A DNA stretch of 64,000 nucleotides, taken from the NCBI RefSeq assembly GCF_006345805.1, contig NC_043004.1, positions 97,588,001-97,652,000 of the forward strand, in the 5' to 3' direction. Below are positions 47,151-60,005 of the stretch, piece by piece. The translations under genes and the position numbers were made by a program. The notes beneath the pieces are model-generated. The model was not told the origin of the DNA and made no database searches. It worked only from the letters and a program-made list of their open reading frames with translations. The DNA comes from Octopus sinensis. Its lineage: Eukaryota. Within the stretch, counting starts at the first letter, position 1. Every line of letters starts with the position of its first letter.

Positions 47151-47297
47151 CATCTCTCCATCCACACTATCTCCCCAATTGTCTTTTCACCTGTTGGGGC
47201 TATTTACTCTCACTAGTTAGTAGAGGTGCAATGAGAAAAGTAACTTATGGTACCTGTAAAGTGGTTCCTGAATGAACAAGAAACAAGGACATGATGT

Positions 47298-47591
47298 TCC
47301 TTCTTGAGCCATGCCTGGCTCATAAGTGCCAGTTTCCCGGTTTCCTTGGCGTATCGGTTCCCCACCTGGACAGGACGCCAGTCCGTCACAGGTGAGCTAC
47401 AGTATGCAGGAGGAAAGTGTGAGAGAAAGTTGTGGCAAACGTGTCAGCAGAAGTTCGCCATTACTTTCTGCCAGAGCCGCATGGAGCTTAGGTGTTTCAC
47501 TCATAAACACACACATCTCGCAGTCTGAGATTTGAACCCGTGATCCTTCGACTGTGAGTACGCTGCTCTAACCACTAGGCCATGTGCCTCC
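47298..47591 (-). mobile_element. SINE with head H1 and a V-domain-like tail (T3)
   Basis: Minus strand CCTGTGACGGACTGGCGTCCTGTCCAGG resembles the V-SINE domain. 15-bp TSD ACAAGGACATGATGT at 47283-47297 and 47592-47606. Confidence 0.88.
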
Positions 47592-48464
47592 ACAAGGACA
47601 TGATGTGATGATTCTTCAGTCTTGACATGGGTAAGGAAATCTCTAAAATGCTCATTCTATGAAAAAACTACACCCGGCACTTTCTGTAAAGTGCTAGCCA
47701 TTAAGAAGGACATCCAGCAATAGAACCTATAGTGATTCTAAGACATTGCTGCACATGCAGATCTAAAACTATGAGATCTTATCAGACTGTCCAAACAATT
47801 CATTTGATAGAAAGTGATGATAATGGTGTGTGTGTGTGTGTCTGTGCTCATGCACTTTGGGCAATATTTTTCAAATTGCTCAGTAATGGAGGAAAGAGGC
47901 ATTTTATGGTCTGGAAACAAGGCTCTTTCATTGGAATTTAAACAACGTCAACAGGGTAATCATGTATGTCTACTTAACTATTGCTTCATGATTTTTAAAT
48001 TATAAGTATTTCATCCACAATCTTATATATACATACAAGCATACATACATAGACATACACATACACATATATGTATAAGTATGTATACATCTACACACAC
48101 ACACACACACAAACGTGCACAAACATATGCACACATACACACACAGATGTATAAAACTTGAGTAGTCTGTGAGAAAATTTCCGAAATCTTTGATTGCTTT
48201 GATCATTTTATCATAGAGAAAACAAAAATATTTCTTCACTTTCTTCCCTACTAGTCGTAACCAGTGCCAAGAATCGTGTATTTTGTTTTTTTATACTGGT
48301 AGCCAAAAGACTGTTTATAAAGTTCACCTCTGTGATACAGAAATATACTTTGGAATATTTTTGTTTCTTTTCTTTTATTTCATCCCTTTTCAGGAATATT
48401 TTAGATGTCGTTTGTTTCTTAAGATTTGTTTCTTTCTTCATTTGTTCCTGTGTGTGAGTGTGTG

Positions 48465-48593
48465 TGTGTGTGTACATGTGTGTAGGCATATATATATATA
48501 TATATATATAGATTATATATATATATATATATATTATATATTATATATATATATATATTATTATATATATATATTATATATAATATATATATA

Positions 48594-48636
<43 letters not shown>

Positions 48637-48643
48637 ATATACC

Positions 48644-48705
<62 letters not shown>

Positions 48706-48960
48706 CATATATATATATACATATATACATACACACACACATATATATATATTTACACACACACACACACATATCATGTATATACAGTAATATACTTTTA
48801 TATATATTCTTGATTATTCCCTCATGTTTTTCAAAATATGTTCTTAAATACTGCTTATATACAAACACACACTCACACACACACGTATGTGTGTGTGTGA
48901 ATGTGCACATGTGTGTATGTGTGTGTGTGTCTGCACGTATATGTGTGTATATACATATTT
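48465..48960. repeat. Long (TA)n/(CA)n/(TG)n microsatellite block
   Basis: Direct reading. Confidence 0.92.
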
Positions 48961-49611
48961 TTATTCTTATGGAAAGGTAAATGTTTTCGAAATTAAAGGT
49001 AAAAGAAGCAAAACAAAGTAAAGAAAAAAAAGGAAAAGTTTTTGAGAAATTGAAAAATAATATGTGAAACCCAAAGTGTGCAGTCCAAGTATTTCAACTA
49101 TATCCACCATGACCACCACTACAGTGAACTTGCAAAACAACAACAACACTACCATCTGGTAACCTTTCCTGTACTGCATAGACAATATCTTCTTAAAAAT
49201 CAAAGATACCAAAAGTACCAAAAAAACACCACCACCACCATCATCCTCATCATCCTAGCATCATCATCTTACTGCTACAACTATCGTGAACACCTTATCA
49301 TGATCACCGTACCACCACTACCATGACAACCATGATGACCTCCCACCTCACCAGCAAGGCTACCTCCACCATTTCAATCACATCAGTCAACCCTTGTTCC
49401 CTCGCATCACCACAATAAAAACCAACAAATGAGCATTTTGGGTGTTGTCTGACCTGTTAGAAATAGCAATCAAATCCCCCTAATATCTTTAGGAAAAGTG
49501 AATCATACTTCTCCTAATGTTGACTTAGGTTAACTATTCCTGGTGAAAGATGAGTTGGTCATGTCCAGATTGCCTTGGTTCATAAATCTGTTTGAACACA
49601 GCCAACGTGGA

Positions 49612-50058
49612 ACTCTTTTACTGTTTTACTCTTTTACTTGTTTCAGTCATTTGACTGTGGCCATGCTGGAGCACAGCCTTTAGTCGAGCAAATCGACCAC
49701 AGGACTTATTCTTTGTAAGCCTAGTACTTATTCTATCGGGCTCTTTTGCCGAACTGCTCAGTTACATGGACGTAAACACACCAGCATCGGTTGTCAAGTG
49801 ATGTTGGTGGGAAAAACACAGACATACAAACATATACACACTCACATACATATATATATATATACACTCATATATATATATATATACATATATACGATGG
49901 GTTTCTTTCAGTTTCCATCTACCAAATCCACTCACAAGGCTTCGGTCGGCCCGAGGCTATAGTAGAAGACACTTGCTCAAGGTGCCATGCAGTGAGACTG
50001 AATCCAGAACCATGTGGTTGGTAAGCAAGCTACTTACCACACAGCCACTCCTATGCCT
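49612..50058 (-). mobile_element. CORE-type SINE, full length
   Basis: Head, CORE, internal TA/CA and tail present. Confidence 0.88.
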
Positions 50059-50089
50059 GAGTGAGAAAGAATTTTAAAATGTCTTGTCA

Positions 50090-51890
50090 CAACCACCACC
50101 ATCATCACTAACCCCAACACCACAAGATAAACACTGCAGCATCCAGCATTGCTAACACCACAACCATTACTAATGCCAAAACTACCAACAGCCTCACAAC
50201 TACCATCAATAGCAAACCACCCCCACCACCAACAACAACAACACCAGTGATGCAGCATCCATCATCACCAACAGCAGAACTGCCACCAACATCACAACCA
50301 CCACCAAATCACCACAACTAGCAGTAACACTACAACCACCACCAATACTATGACCCCTACCAAAACCACAACCATCACTAATGTCACAACCACCACCAAC
50401 ACCACAGCCACCACCAACACTACAACCACTGCTAGTATGACAGCCATCAACCAGCACCAAAACCACAACAAACACTACAACCACCACAAACAATACAACC
50501 ACTACCAACACTACAACCACCACCAACACTACAACCACTATAAGTATCACAGCTACCACCAACATCAAGCACTACAAACACCACCAACACCACAACCACA
50601 ACAACCACCACCAACACCACAACCACAACAACCACCACAAACAACACAACCACCATCAGGACTACAACCACCACCAACACTACAACCACCACCAATGCTA
50701 CAACCACCACCAACACCAACACCATAACCACCACCAACAATACAACCACCACCACCACCACCACCACCACCACCAACACTACAACCACCACCAATACTAC
50801 AGCCACCACCAACACTACAACCACTACAAGAATGACAGCCATCACCAGTACCAAGCATCACAATCACCACCAACACCACAACCACAACAACCACCAAAAC
50901 GCTGCAACCACCACCTGCACTACATCCAAAGCAAACGTCACAACTACCATTAACATGACTACTACCACCTTCACATCACTGACATGAAACACATCAATCA
51001 TTACCATGCATACTACCTCCACCATGACCAACCGCATCACATTTCCACCACTGCCATCAACGCCACCGTCAGTACTATTGAGAATCACCGGCACCACCAC
51101 CTCCATAGAACCATTGCTAACACCAATACTACATATACCACTACCACCACCACCACCACCACCACCACCAACAACAACAACAAACAACAACAACAACAAC
51201 AACAACAACAGCAACAGCAACGACACAATTACCACTGTACCATTGCCTGTACCATCTTACCACCACCATCACCAACATCACCACCACCAGCACCACCACC
51301 GCCACCACTACCACCACCCCCAAAATCAGCAGCAGCAATACCATTACCACTACGGACATCAACACCAACACCTACAATAACGCCACCACCACCACCACTA
51401 CAATAACAACAACAAGAACACAATTACCACTTCACCACCACCACCACCACCACCATCATCGCCGCCACCACCACCACCACCACCACTTCACCACCACCAC
51501 CACTTCACCACCACCACCACCACCACCACCACCATCACCATCACCACCACCACCACCACCACCACCATCACCACCACCATCACCACCACCACCATCACCA
51601 TCACCACCACCACCACCACCACTTCACCACCACCACCACTTCACCACCACCACCACCACCACCACCATCACCACCACCACCACCATCACCACCACTTCAC
51701 CACCACCACTGCCACCACCGCCACCACCACCACCACCACAACCACCACTATCAACACCAACAGCAGCACCACTAGCACCACCACCACCACCACCACCACC
51801 ACTTCACCACCACCACCACTTCACCACCACCACCACTTCACCACCACCACCACTTCACCACCACCACCACCACCACCACCACTGCCTCTA
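50090..51890 (+). repeat. Degenerate (ACC)n/(AAC)n triplet array with an 18-bp sub-unit (ACCACCAACACTACAACC), becoming near-pure (ACC)n
   Basis: Direct reading. Confidence 0.92.
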
Positions 51891-52099
51891 TGCACCTATT
51901 AACTGAAGTGGTTCTAATGAAGCTAGTTTATAGTTATTTATCGAAATGTCTGTGTTGTCTTGGCAGAGAATTATGTTTTAGCAGCAAATTAGGAACACCT
52001 GAAAACGGTGTGGTTTTGACAGTAATGACACTTTTATGGTCTTTAATAACTACATGCTACTATGGCCGTGCAGTTTGATTTAATCATAATTATAACAGT

Positions 52100-52685
52100 A
52101 GCAGCAGGGGCAGCAGCAGCAGCAGCAGAGGCAGAGGCAGTAGTAGTAGTAGTAGCAGTAGTAGTAGTAGTAGTAGTAGCGGTGGCGGTGGTAATGGTGG
52201 TGGTGGTGGCGGTGGTAGTTTGTGGTGGTGGTGGTGGTGGTGGTGGTAGTGGTGGTGGTGGTGTTGGTGGTGGTGGCGGCGGTGGTGGTGGTGGTGGTTT
52301 GTGGTGGTGGTGGTGGTGGTGGTGGTGGTGGTGGTAGTTTGTGGTGGTGGTGGTGGTGGTGGTGGTGGTGGTGGTGGCGGTGGTGGTGGTGGTGGTGGTT
52401 TGTGGTGTGGTGGTGGTGGTGTGGTGTGGTGGTGGTTTGTGGTGGTGGTGGTGGTGGTGGTGGTGGTGGTGGTAGTGGTGGTGGTGGTGGTGGTGGTAGT
52501 GGCTGTAGTGGTGGTGGCAGTGTTGGTGGTGGTGGTGGTGGTGGTGGTGGTGGTGGTGGTGGTGGTGGTGGTGGTGGTGGTGGCGGCGGTGGTAGTTTGT
52601 GGTTGTGGTGGTGGTGATGGTGGTGGTGGTGGTAGTTGTATGCTTTTCTTGTTTTGTTTTCTGTTGTTGCTGTTGTAGTTGTCGT
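52100..52685 (-). repeat. (GGT)n array, i.e. (ACC)n in inverted orientation
   Basis: Direct reading. Confidence 0.92.
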
Positions 52686-52759
52686 TTCTGAAGAGAAAAA
52701 GATTTGAGAAAGTGACGCACAAATAAGAGAAATGGAATTTATTTTCAAGAACAAGAAAT

Positions 52760-53035
52760 ACGTGCATGTTTGCTGCTCCATATATACACACACAAATATG
52801 TACACACATGCATATATACATACATACATATATGCATACATACATACACAAATACATACACACATATGCCAAACATGCATACGCACATACATAAACACAC
52901 ACATATACGTGTACAAAGAAAAACACAACTACACTTACATATACATCAGCACATGCACCTACACACATATACACACACGAGCATAGATGCAATATGCATT
53001 TACACAGGTGCACGCATACATATACACAAACAAAT

Positions 53036-53072
<37 letters not shown>

Positions 53073-53260
53073 AATGTCATTAATCATCTACAAATACACA
53101 GATACAAATATATAAACAAACACATATTCTTTCACACATGCACATAAGCATACGCACACATACATGCATACAAAAGAGCAAGCACACATACTCCCATGTA
53201 TACACAAACAACATGTACACTTCACATGCTTATATATAAACACCTAGACACACATCAATA
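52760..53260. repeat. Degenerate (CA)n/(TACA)n tract
   Basis: Direct reading. Confidence 0.85.
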
Positions 53261-53494
53261 TTAAGTAAAAAAGGAGGCACTTTGAATAATAGGCTGGCAC
53301 TGAAGACAAATCTAATTTAGCAATTTCACAGACAAAACATTATCTTCCCTATAATGACTGTCTAAGTACTCATGGCTTAGATTCCTTGTCAAATATGTGG
53401 TAAACAAATTATAAATATGTATTTTAAAACTATGCATTGCTGCAGACACAAATGGCAATCAATAGCATACAGCAATTGATTGATTGAATCCACG

Positions 53495-53855
53495 CTTTCT
53501 GTACAGTGGGTTCACTTCCACTAGGTGGTACCCAGGGAAAGTATCTACTTAAACTCGGCTAGCCAAAGCCTTTTCCATGAATTTGTTTGTCAGAAACAGG
53601 AAGAAGCCTGTATGCAGCTTAAAGTTTTGTAGGCTCCATTCATGGCCATTTGCCAGCCTCGTCTGGCACCTGTGCCAATGGCACGTAAAAAGCACCCACT
53701 ACACTCACGGAGTGGTTGGTGTTAGGAAGGGCATCCACACTGATAGATCAGACAGGGCCTGGTGCAGCCTCCTGGCTTCCCAGACCCCAGTTGAACCGTC
53801 CAACCCATGCTAGCATGGAAAGCGGCTGCTAAACGATGATGATGATGATGATGAT
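53495..53855 (+). mobile_element. Diverged CORE-type head joined to the RTE-type (GAT)n tail
   Basis: GGGTTCACTTCCACTAGGTGG..AGCCAAAGCC..GAAGAAGCCTGT, then GGCACGTAAAAAGCAC..GTTAGGAAGGGCATCC..AAACGATGATGAT. Confidence 0.65.
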
Positions 53856-53870
53856 AAAATAAAAATAAAT

Positions 53871-54117
53871 GTACCCTTTTTAAAGCCTAGCCAGGCTCAT
53901 GGGCCTGTTTCCCAGTTTCTATGATGTATATATTCACCAGCTGGATGGGACGTGAGTCCATCGCAGCATTACTCCTTTTTGCCAGCTGAGTGGACTGGAG
54001 CAACGTGAAATGAAATGTTTTGCTAAAGAACACAACACATTGCCCGGTCTAGGAATCGAAACCACAATCTTACGATTATGATGCTGACACCCTAACCACT
54101 AAGCCACATGCTTCCAC
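53871..54117 (-). mobile_element. SINE with head H2 and T3-type tail
   Basis: H2-like head at about 53990-54117. Tail GGGAAAC..GGCCCATGAGCCTGGC resembles the 47298-47340 end. Confidence 0.7.
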
Positions 54118-54209
54118 TGTAGGCTCATAGTATGAGCCTATCTTATCAAGCTTCCAGATGACTGATATTAAATAATATATGTAATTCCTATCAAATATGC
54201 TAAGAGTCA

Positions 54210-54447
54210 CTTTCTTTTGTTTGTCCACTAACTCATACATATATTAGACTGTGGCTACACTGGAGCACCACCTTGAGGAATTTTAGTCAAACTAATCGAC
54301 CCTAGTACTTAATTTTTCTTAAGCCTAGCACTTATTCTATTGTTCTCTTTAGTCAAACCTCTAGGTTATGGGGACAGAAACACACTAACACCAGTTGTCA
54401 AGTGATGGTGGGAACAAACACTGAAATAAATACACACACATGCACAC

Positions 54448-54488
<41 letters not shown>

Positions 54489-54640
54489 ATGAGCTTCTTT
54501 CAGTTTCTATCTACCAAGTCCACTTTGGTTAGCTCAAGGCTATAGTAGAAGACACTTGCCCAAGGTGCCATGCAGTGAGAACGAACTCAGAACGATATGG
54601 TTGGGAAACAGACTTCTTTCCACATAGCCACGCTTGCACA
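54210..54640 (-). mobile_element. Old CORE-type SINE
   Basis: Diverged but collinear with 1261-1680. Confidence 0.75.
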
Positions 54641-54789
54641 TATGTGCATGCTTACATATATTAGTGCAATACGTGCACTCTTGTACATATTCGTTTGCAT
54701 AATCTGCATTTATGTGCGTATGTGACAGTTTGCATGAAAGGAAAAGAAAACACTATATCCCAACCAAGCATAAATGTATTTTAAAATAT

Positions 54790-55095
54790 CGAAATCTATA
54801 GGCTAGATTAAGGCTTGGAGATAGCAGTGTACTCAGAGTAGCTATCCTCAGCTTCCATACGGACTCAAGATGGCTAAAGAACCTCATGCAAACATTCCTC
54901 GCTGCGTCCCTGGGAAGATCTTTGTACACTTCCTTGATCTTATCCACCAGCTCAGCTTTTGTATTGCAAGCAGTGGTCTGTGTCTTTCTCAATTGTACCC
55001 GACACGTAATAATCCTGCTAGTGAAGCATTAGAAATTCTCCAACTATTTCTGATTCTTTCTGGAAACATGGCAAGGAGTTGAATCCTGCTGTCAT
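54790..55095 (-). pseudogene. Tc1/mariner-superfamily transposase C-terminal relic (DD37D/maT-like)
   Basis: QQDSTPCH..DYYV..CNTKAELVDKIKEVYKDLPRDAARNVC. Confidence 0.6.
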
Positions 55096-55100
55096 ACATA

Positions 55101-55327
55101 TGAGGATGTGTTGAAAAGTTCCTAGTTTTGGGTAAATGAAAATACAGAAAGATCAGATAATTCTGAAAATAAAAATGGATCAGCTAATTATTCCCCTCCC
55201 AGATTCACACACTTATTGCAGCAGTCCTTCAGTTTTTCTAAGCCCTATTAAAGAACTTGAAAAGTTGGGTCTCCAACCAGGCATTTTGTGATACCCTTTA
55301 AACCAGGAAATTTTCTGCACACCCTTG
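55101..55327. mobile_element. mariner-type MITE
   Basis: TA|TGAGGATGTGTTGAAAAGTTCCT at the left end and CCAGGAAATTTTCTGCACACCCTTG|TA at the right end. Confidence 0.7.
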
Positions 55328-55608
55328 TATGGCTTCCCAGCTGTAACCCTCTCCAATCAGGGATTGGCTGTGGTCTATAGCAGCTTCACATAGCTGACTG
55401 AATTGAACCTAAGACTTTCTCAAAGGGATGGGAAGGAATTCCAACAGGTGGTCACTCTCTGAATGCTTGGTGTGTCCCTACTTATAGTCTTATGGCTTAT
55501 AGTCTCCAATGCAGTTGTCCATGTCATGTCTTACAAACTTCACAGTTTTCACAGAGCACTAAGTAGGAGTCATGAGGATGGCATTTTGATAACTGGTATT
55601 CATCAAAA

Positions 55609-55840
55609 GGCGGCAAGCTGGCAGAAACGTTAGCACACTGGACAAAAGGCTTAGAGGTATTTCGCCTGTCGCTATGTACTGAGTTCAAATTCCGCCGAGG
55701 TCGACTTAGCCTTTCATCCTTTCGGGGTCGATTAAATAAGTACCAGTTACGCACTGGGGTTGATGTATTCGACTTAATCCGTGTGTCTGTCCTTGTTTGA
55801 CCTCTCTGTGTCTAGCCCCTTGTGGGTAGTAAAGAAATAG
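55609..55840 (+). mobile_element. Meta-like SINE monomer ending AAAGAAATA
   Basis: Full head and body. Flanks GGTATTCATCA (left) and GGTATGATTCATCA (right) look like an imperfect TSD. Confidence 0.88.
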
Positions 55841-55933
55841 GTATGATTCATCATGATACAGGTAACTCTTTCCACTATTCAGATGGCTTCCAATCCTCCA
55901 AGTCAGGTAACTTTTTCTCAGCTAGAGCTTTAA

Positions 55934-56162
55934 CCCTTTCATTATTGTATTTCTTTTGAGATAATCTGTGTTTCATTCAAATAATTTAAAATATAACAAA
56001 ATATAAAGAATTTAGTAAAATATCTTAATCATCATTAAGCCAGTGTTAGAAACATAAATTGTGACTAAGGTTTGGTGAAAGATTTTAATTCAAAATTTAT
56101 GAACACAAAGCATTTGTACTATAGAGCCAGAAACGGTTTCAGGGGTTTGGGTATCTAAAGGG
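55934..56162. mobile_element. MITE with CCCTTT termini (piggyBac-like)
   Basis: TTAA|CCCTTT..AAAGGG|TTAT. Confidence 0.6.
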
Positions 56163-56464
56163 TTATTCTTTAAGCTATTCAACAGCGTTTACTGTTCAAT
56201 ACATCAAGCTATTCCTAAAAAAGGGAGAAAAAAACAAAATTGTCAAATTTAGCCCAAACACCCTGAATGAATATGTCTGTGTGTAGGTATGTGTGTCTGT
56301 ATATAGTTGTTCAGTTTTTCTTCTTTCTCTTTGATCTTGTTGTCACCAAGACATCTAAGATTTTTCTATATTTTTGTCTAACACAACAATGTCATATTTC
56401 CGATGTCTAATCTGATGGTCACACTGAATCATCATATCCTACATTATTATTTTATTGCCTTTGT

Positions 56465-56740
56465 TACAGCTTCTAATGCTGGAGATGTACTACGGTGTCA
56501 GCTGTTCACTACCAGTGAACTAAGGTAACACCTCTTATTTTTTGAGCATCATCTGGAGTATTCAAGCAGTGCTGCTTTCTGCAAGTGCTCCACTCTTATT
56601 GCAGCCCCTATTTGTTCATGTACTTCTCAAGATTTCTATTCTCTGTTCTCAGGGCTCCAACAATTAGCGGTACTACTACCACTTTTTTCAGCGACCACAA
56701 CTGCTTAACCTCCCAAGCTAGCCCGTTATATCTATCGACT
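56465..56740 (-). pseudogene. R4-like RLE endonuclease C-terminus plus 3' UTR
   Basis: DRYNGLAWEVKQLWS..VVVVPLIVGALRT..LEKYM..IGAAIRVEHLQKAALL. Confidence 0.8.
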
Positions 56741-56749
56741 TATTATCAT

Positions 56750-56784
56750 CTTCATTATTATCATTATTATTATTATTATTATTA

Positions 56785-56827
<43 letters not shown>

Positions 56828-56845
56828 CATTATTATTATTATTGA
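56750..56845. repeat. (ATT)n microsatellite
   Basis: Direct reading. Confidence 0.95.
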
Positions 56846-57374
56846 ATGAGAAAGCACTGCATGCCATCAAAGTGACACCGGGGTAAAATATACAAACCCC
56901 AATAAATCCATCATGACTACCCGTCTGATAATGGTACACCAGGCACATGCATCACAACCATATGTCCGTGACATGGTGATCTCATATCAAAATAAACAGT
57001 GCATGACCTTGTAGTTGGGGCCCAGTTAGAATTTGCTTCAGGTTGAGTAGCCTATCCCACTCAAATGGTCTCTGAATAAGAGTTGTTGTAGAATGTTGAA
57101 TGAACCACCCATGTTTCCAAAGGTGAATTATCCAAACCCCAAAGAATTCCTCTCAACACAAGGCTATGATGCTCCCCCACTACTTCTGCTTGTGATCAGA
57201 GATGCACATATCGTCAGCCACTAAGGGACATGCTCAACTGGTTAGGGTCAAACAGCTAACAAACAAATCTGTGGTACTGAGCAGAATATTTGCTGTAGCC
57301 CATCTTTTATACCAATACAAAACAATGAACATGATAACACTTCCTATCAGTTAAGATCAAAAGCCATGAGAGCC
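56846..57374 (-). mobile_element. Probable LINE 3' UTR-type repeat ending in an (AAT)n tail
   Basis: Minus strand ends TGATGGCATGCAGTGCTTTCTCATTCAAT(AAT)n. No ORF. Family not securely identified. Confidence 0.45.
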
Positions 57375-57739
57375 TATTGTTATTATTGTTGTCATTACTA
57401 TTATTCAAAAGATTTCTGCATGAATGAATGTTCTTGGATCTATTACTTATAAGCATGTTCTAGGTTCTGCTACTTGTAATGATAGTTCATGGCTCTCGTA
57501 GATGCAAAGCTGTTTACAGTCTTTCCTGCTGCATAGCCTCAGTGTTTATCAAAATCTTCAGACAATTATCCTTTAACAGGAAAACATGATATCAAGTGAC
57601 ACATATCATAAAGGAAAATAAAATACATTTCTCGAAGTGCTTTAAAGACAAATGCGTGATACAGGTAATGAATTAATAAAACCATTGTTATTTATGATAG
57701 GCGAAGCTGAAAATATGATTTATCTATGCAGGTAGCACA

Positions 57740-57786
57740 CTTTTCTCCTTTGCATACATACATACATACATACATACATACATACA

Positions 57787-57820
<34 letters not shown>

Positions 57821-57962
57821 CATACATATATACATAGGTACGTATATACATATGCCTATAAATATATATACACACATCTGTAAAATTTTATTTATCAATT
57901 GTATATGTACACACAAACACACATATAGATAGATGTTATATATATATATATAAATATATATA

Positions 57963-58015
<53 letters not shown>

Positions 58016-58240
58016 TATATATATACATATATATATCTATATATATATATATATGTATATATACATGTACATATATATTTATGTATATATATATATATAT
58101 ATATATTTATGTGTATGTAAATGTATATATTTACACATTTGTATTTATATGTATATATTTACAAACACTCACATACACACATACACACATAGGCATATAC
58201 ATGGTTACATGTATACATATGTGTGTTTGCGTGTATAATA
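57740..58240. repeat. (TACA)n and (TA)n microsatellite block
   Basis: Direct reading. Confidence 0.92.
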
Positions 58241-58802
58241 TCTGTAATAGATTTCTGCTTTAATGCACCATATTTATGGTATTTTTTCACTGACTTTTGA
58301 CTTGGTATTCAGATCAGCTAAATAATTAACCTCTACAGCACAATGTATATTTCTGCCTTTCAGTCCCTGTGAATGATGTCTGGTCTCTTGTACTTATACT
58401 CTGTAGATATTTCAAACCATTCTTGCTAGCAATATATCTTGCTGGAAAATATTATTTTTCTGGCATCTTCAAACAACATATCAGGATAAGTTAAATTTCC
58501 CAGACTATTTCTTAAATCATATTTTGGTTATCTCCAGACATATCTATCACTCATGTGTATCTAGACAACATAAATCTGTTTACATAACGTATAGGCTTTT
58601 TCTCAATTAGACTCACAGCAAAGTTTTCCTGATAATATTTTCTTGCTGCTGTGGTTTCTTTCTCTATTAATAATTGTTGTCGTTTATTATTTTGCTTTGT
58701 GTATTTTGTAATACATTAACAGACAAAAATCCATCAAGACTGCTGAAGATATGACAAAATTACACATTCTCATTGACGATCTCCCATTTCAGTATACATT
58801 CT

Positions 58803-59187
58803 GGAAGCACTCTGTCGGTTATGACGACAAGGGTTCCGGTTGATCCGAATCAACGGAACAGCCTGCTCATGAAATTAACGTGTAAGTGGCTGAGCACTCC
58901 ACAGACACGTGTACCCTTAACGTAGTTCTCGGGGATATTCAGCGTGACACAGAGAGTGACAAGGCCGGTCCTTTGAAATACAGGTACAACAGAAACAAGA
59001 AGTAAGAGTGAGAGAAAGTTGTGGTGAAAGAGTACAGCAGGGATCACCACCATCTCCTGCCGGAGCCTCGTGGGGCTTTAGGTGTTTTCGCTCAATAAAC
59101 ACTCACAACGCCCGGTCTGGGAATTGATACTGCAATCCTATGACCGCGAGTCCGCTGCCCTAACCACTGGGCCATTGCGCCTCCACT
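58803..59187 (-). mobile_element. tRNA-derived SINE H1+T1, full length
   Basis: 12-bp TSD AGTATACATTCT at 58791-58802 and 59188-59199. Confidence 0.93.
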
Positions 59188-59543
59188 AGTATACATTCTA
59201 CACCGTGGAGTAAACAATGAGTTTCTTTACAAGAATTTTATCCCTGAAGACTGACTTGTCATGCTGGTATGTTTTCTAATATGGTATTTCATAGATAGCC
59301 ATGTTTTCACCAAACTATTCATATCAGCTCCAGCAGACTCTACCTAATGTATCTCAAGGAAATAAAAGAGTTTCTGCAGAGTTGTTCTACTTAGAAATAG
59401 TACCAAAATCTCTCCAAATCATACATTACCATAACAGACAAATTGGTTCCAGAGACCTCTATACAGATGAAATTGATACAGCTGGAATACGTTTAACCAT
59501 AATTCAGTTTCATGGTTGTTAAACCCCACATTTAGATGATCTT

Positions 59544-60005
59544 AGGCGAGAAAGATATGCCATAATATACATCTGGAAGATCCTAGAAGGACTTGTCCCA
59601 AACTTTGGCATCGAGAGTTACACAAATGCTAGAACTGGGCGCCACTGCATGGTGCCAAGGACTCCAAATTTGCCATCAAGATGTAGGAAAAGATACTGTG
59701 ATAGCCTGGGCTTCAGAGACCCACAGCTCTTCAATATCCTTCCAAAGAACCTGAGAGACCTGCATGGGGTGGATGCAGATGTCTTTAAAATAAAACTGGA
59801 TCTCTTCCTGTCAGGTGTCCCAGATGAACCAACTTCATGGCAGGAGGTGCAGATGAGGGCAGCTGCATCGAAATCTCTCATGCACCAAATGGCAATTACT
59901 AAAAAGCTTTCGTGAAGTAAAATCATGTAACAACACCAAATGGCAGTACCCCAGCATGGCCACAGCTCATGAGCTGAAACTAGATAAAATAAAATAAATA
60001 AATAA
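59544..60005 (+). pseudogene. 5'-truncated CR1/L2-group LINE: RT C-terminus and 3' UTR
   Basis: Open frame RRERYAIIYIWKILEGLVPN..SLGFRDPQLFNILPKNLRDLHG..FKIKLDLFLSGVPDEP to the stop at about 59915. Tail CCAGCATGGCCACAGCTCATGAGCTGAAAC followed by (TAAA)n. Confidence 0.9.

Noticed and set aside
50034-53067. Mucin-, polyproline- or polyhistidine-like ORFs up to 325 aa
   Set aside because: All frames on both strands are open only because (ACC)/(GGT) triplets lack stops. The Thr-rich frame is interrupted and I see no signal peptide or convincing splice context.
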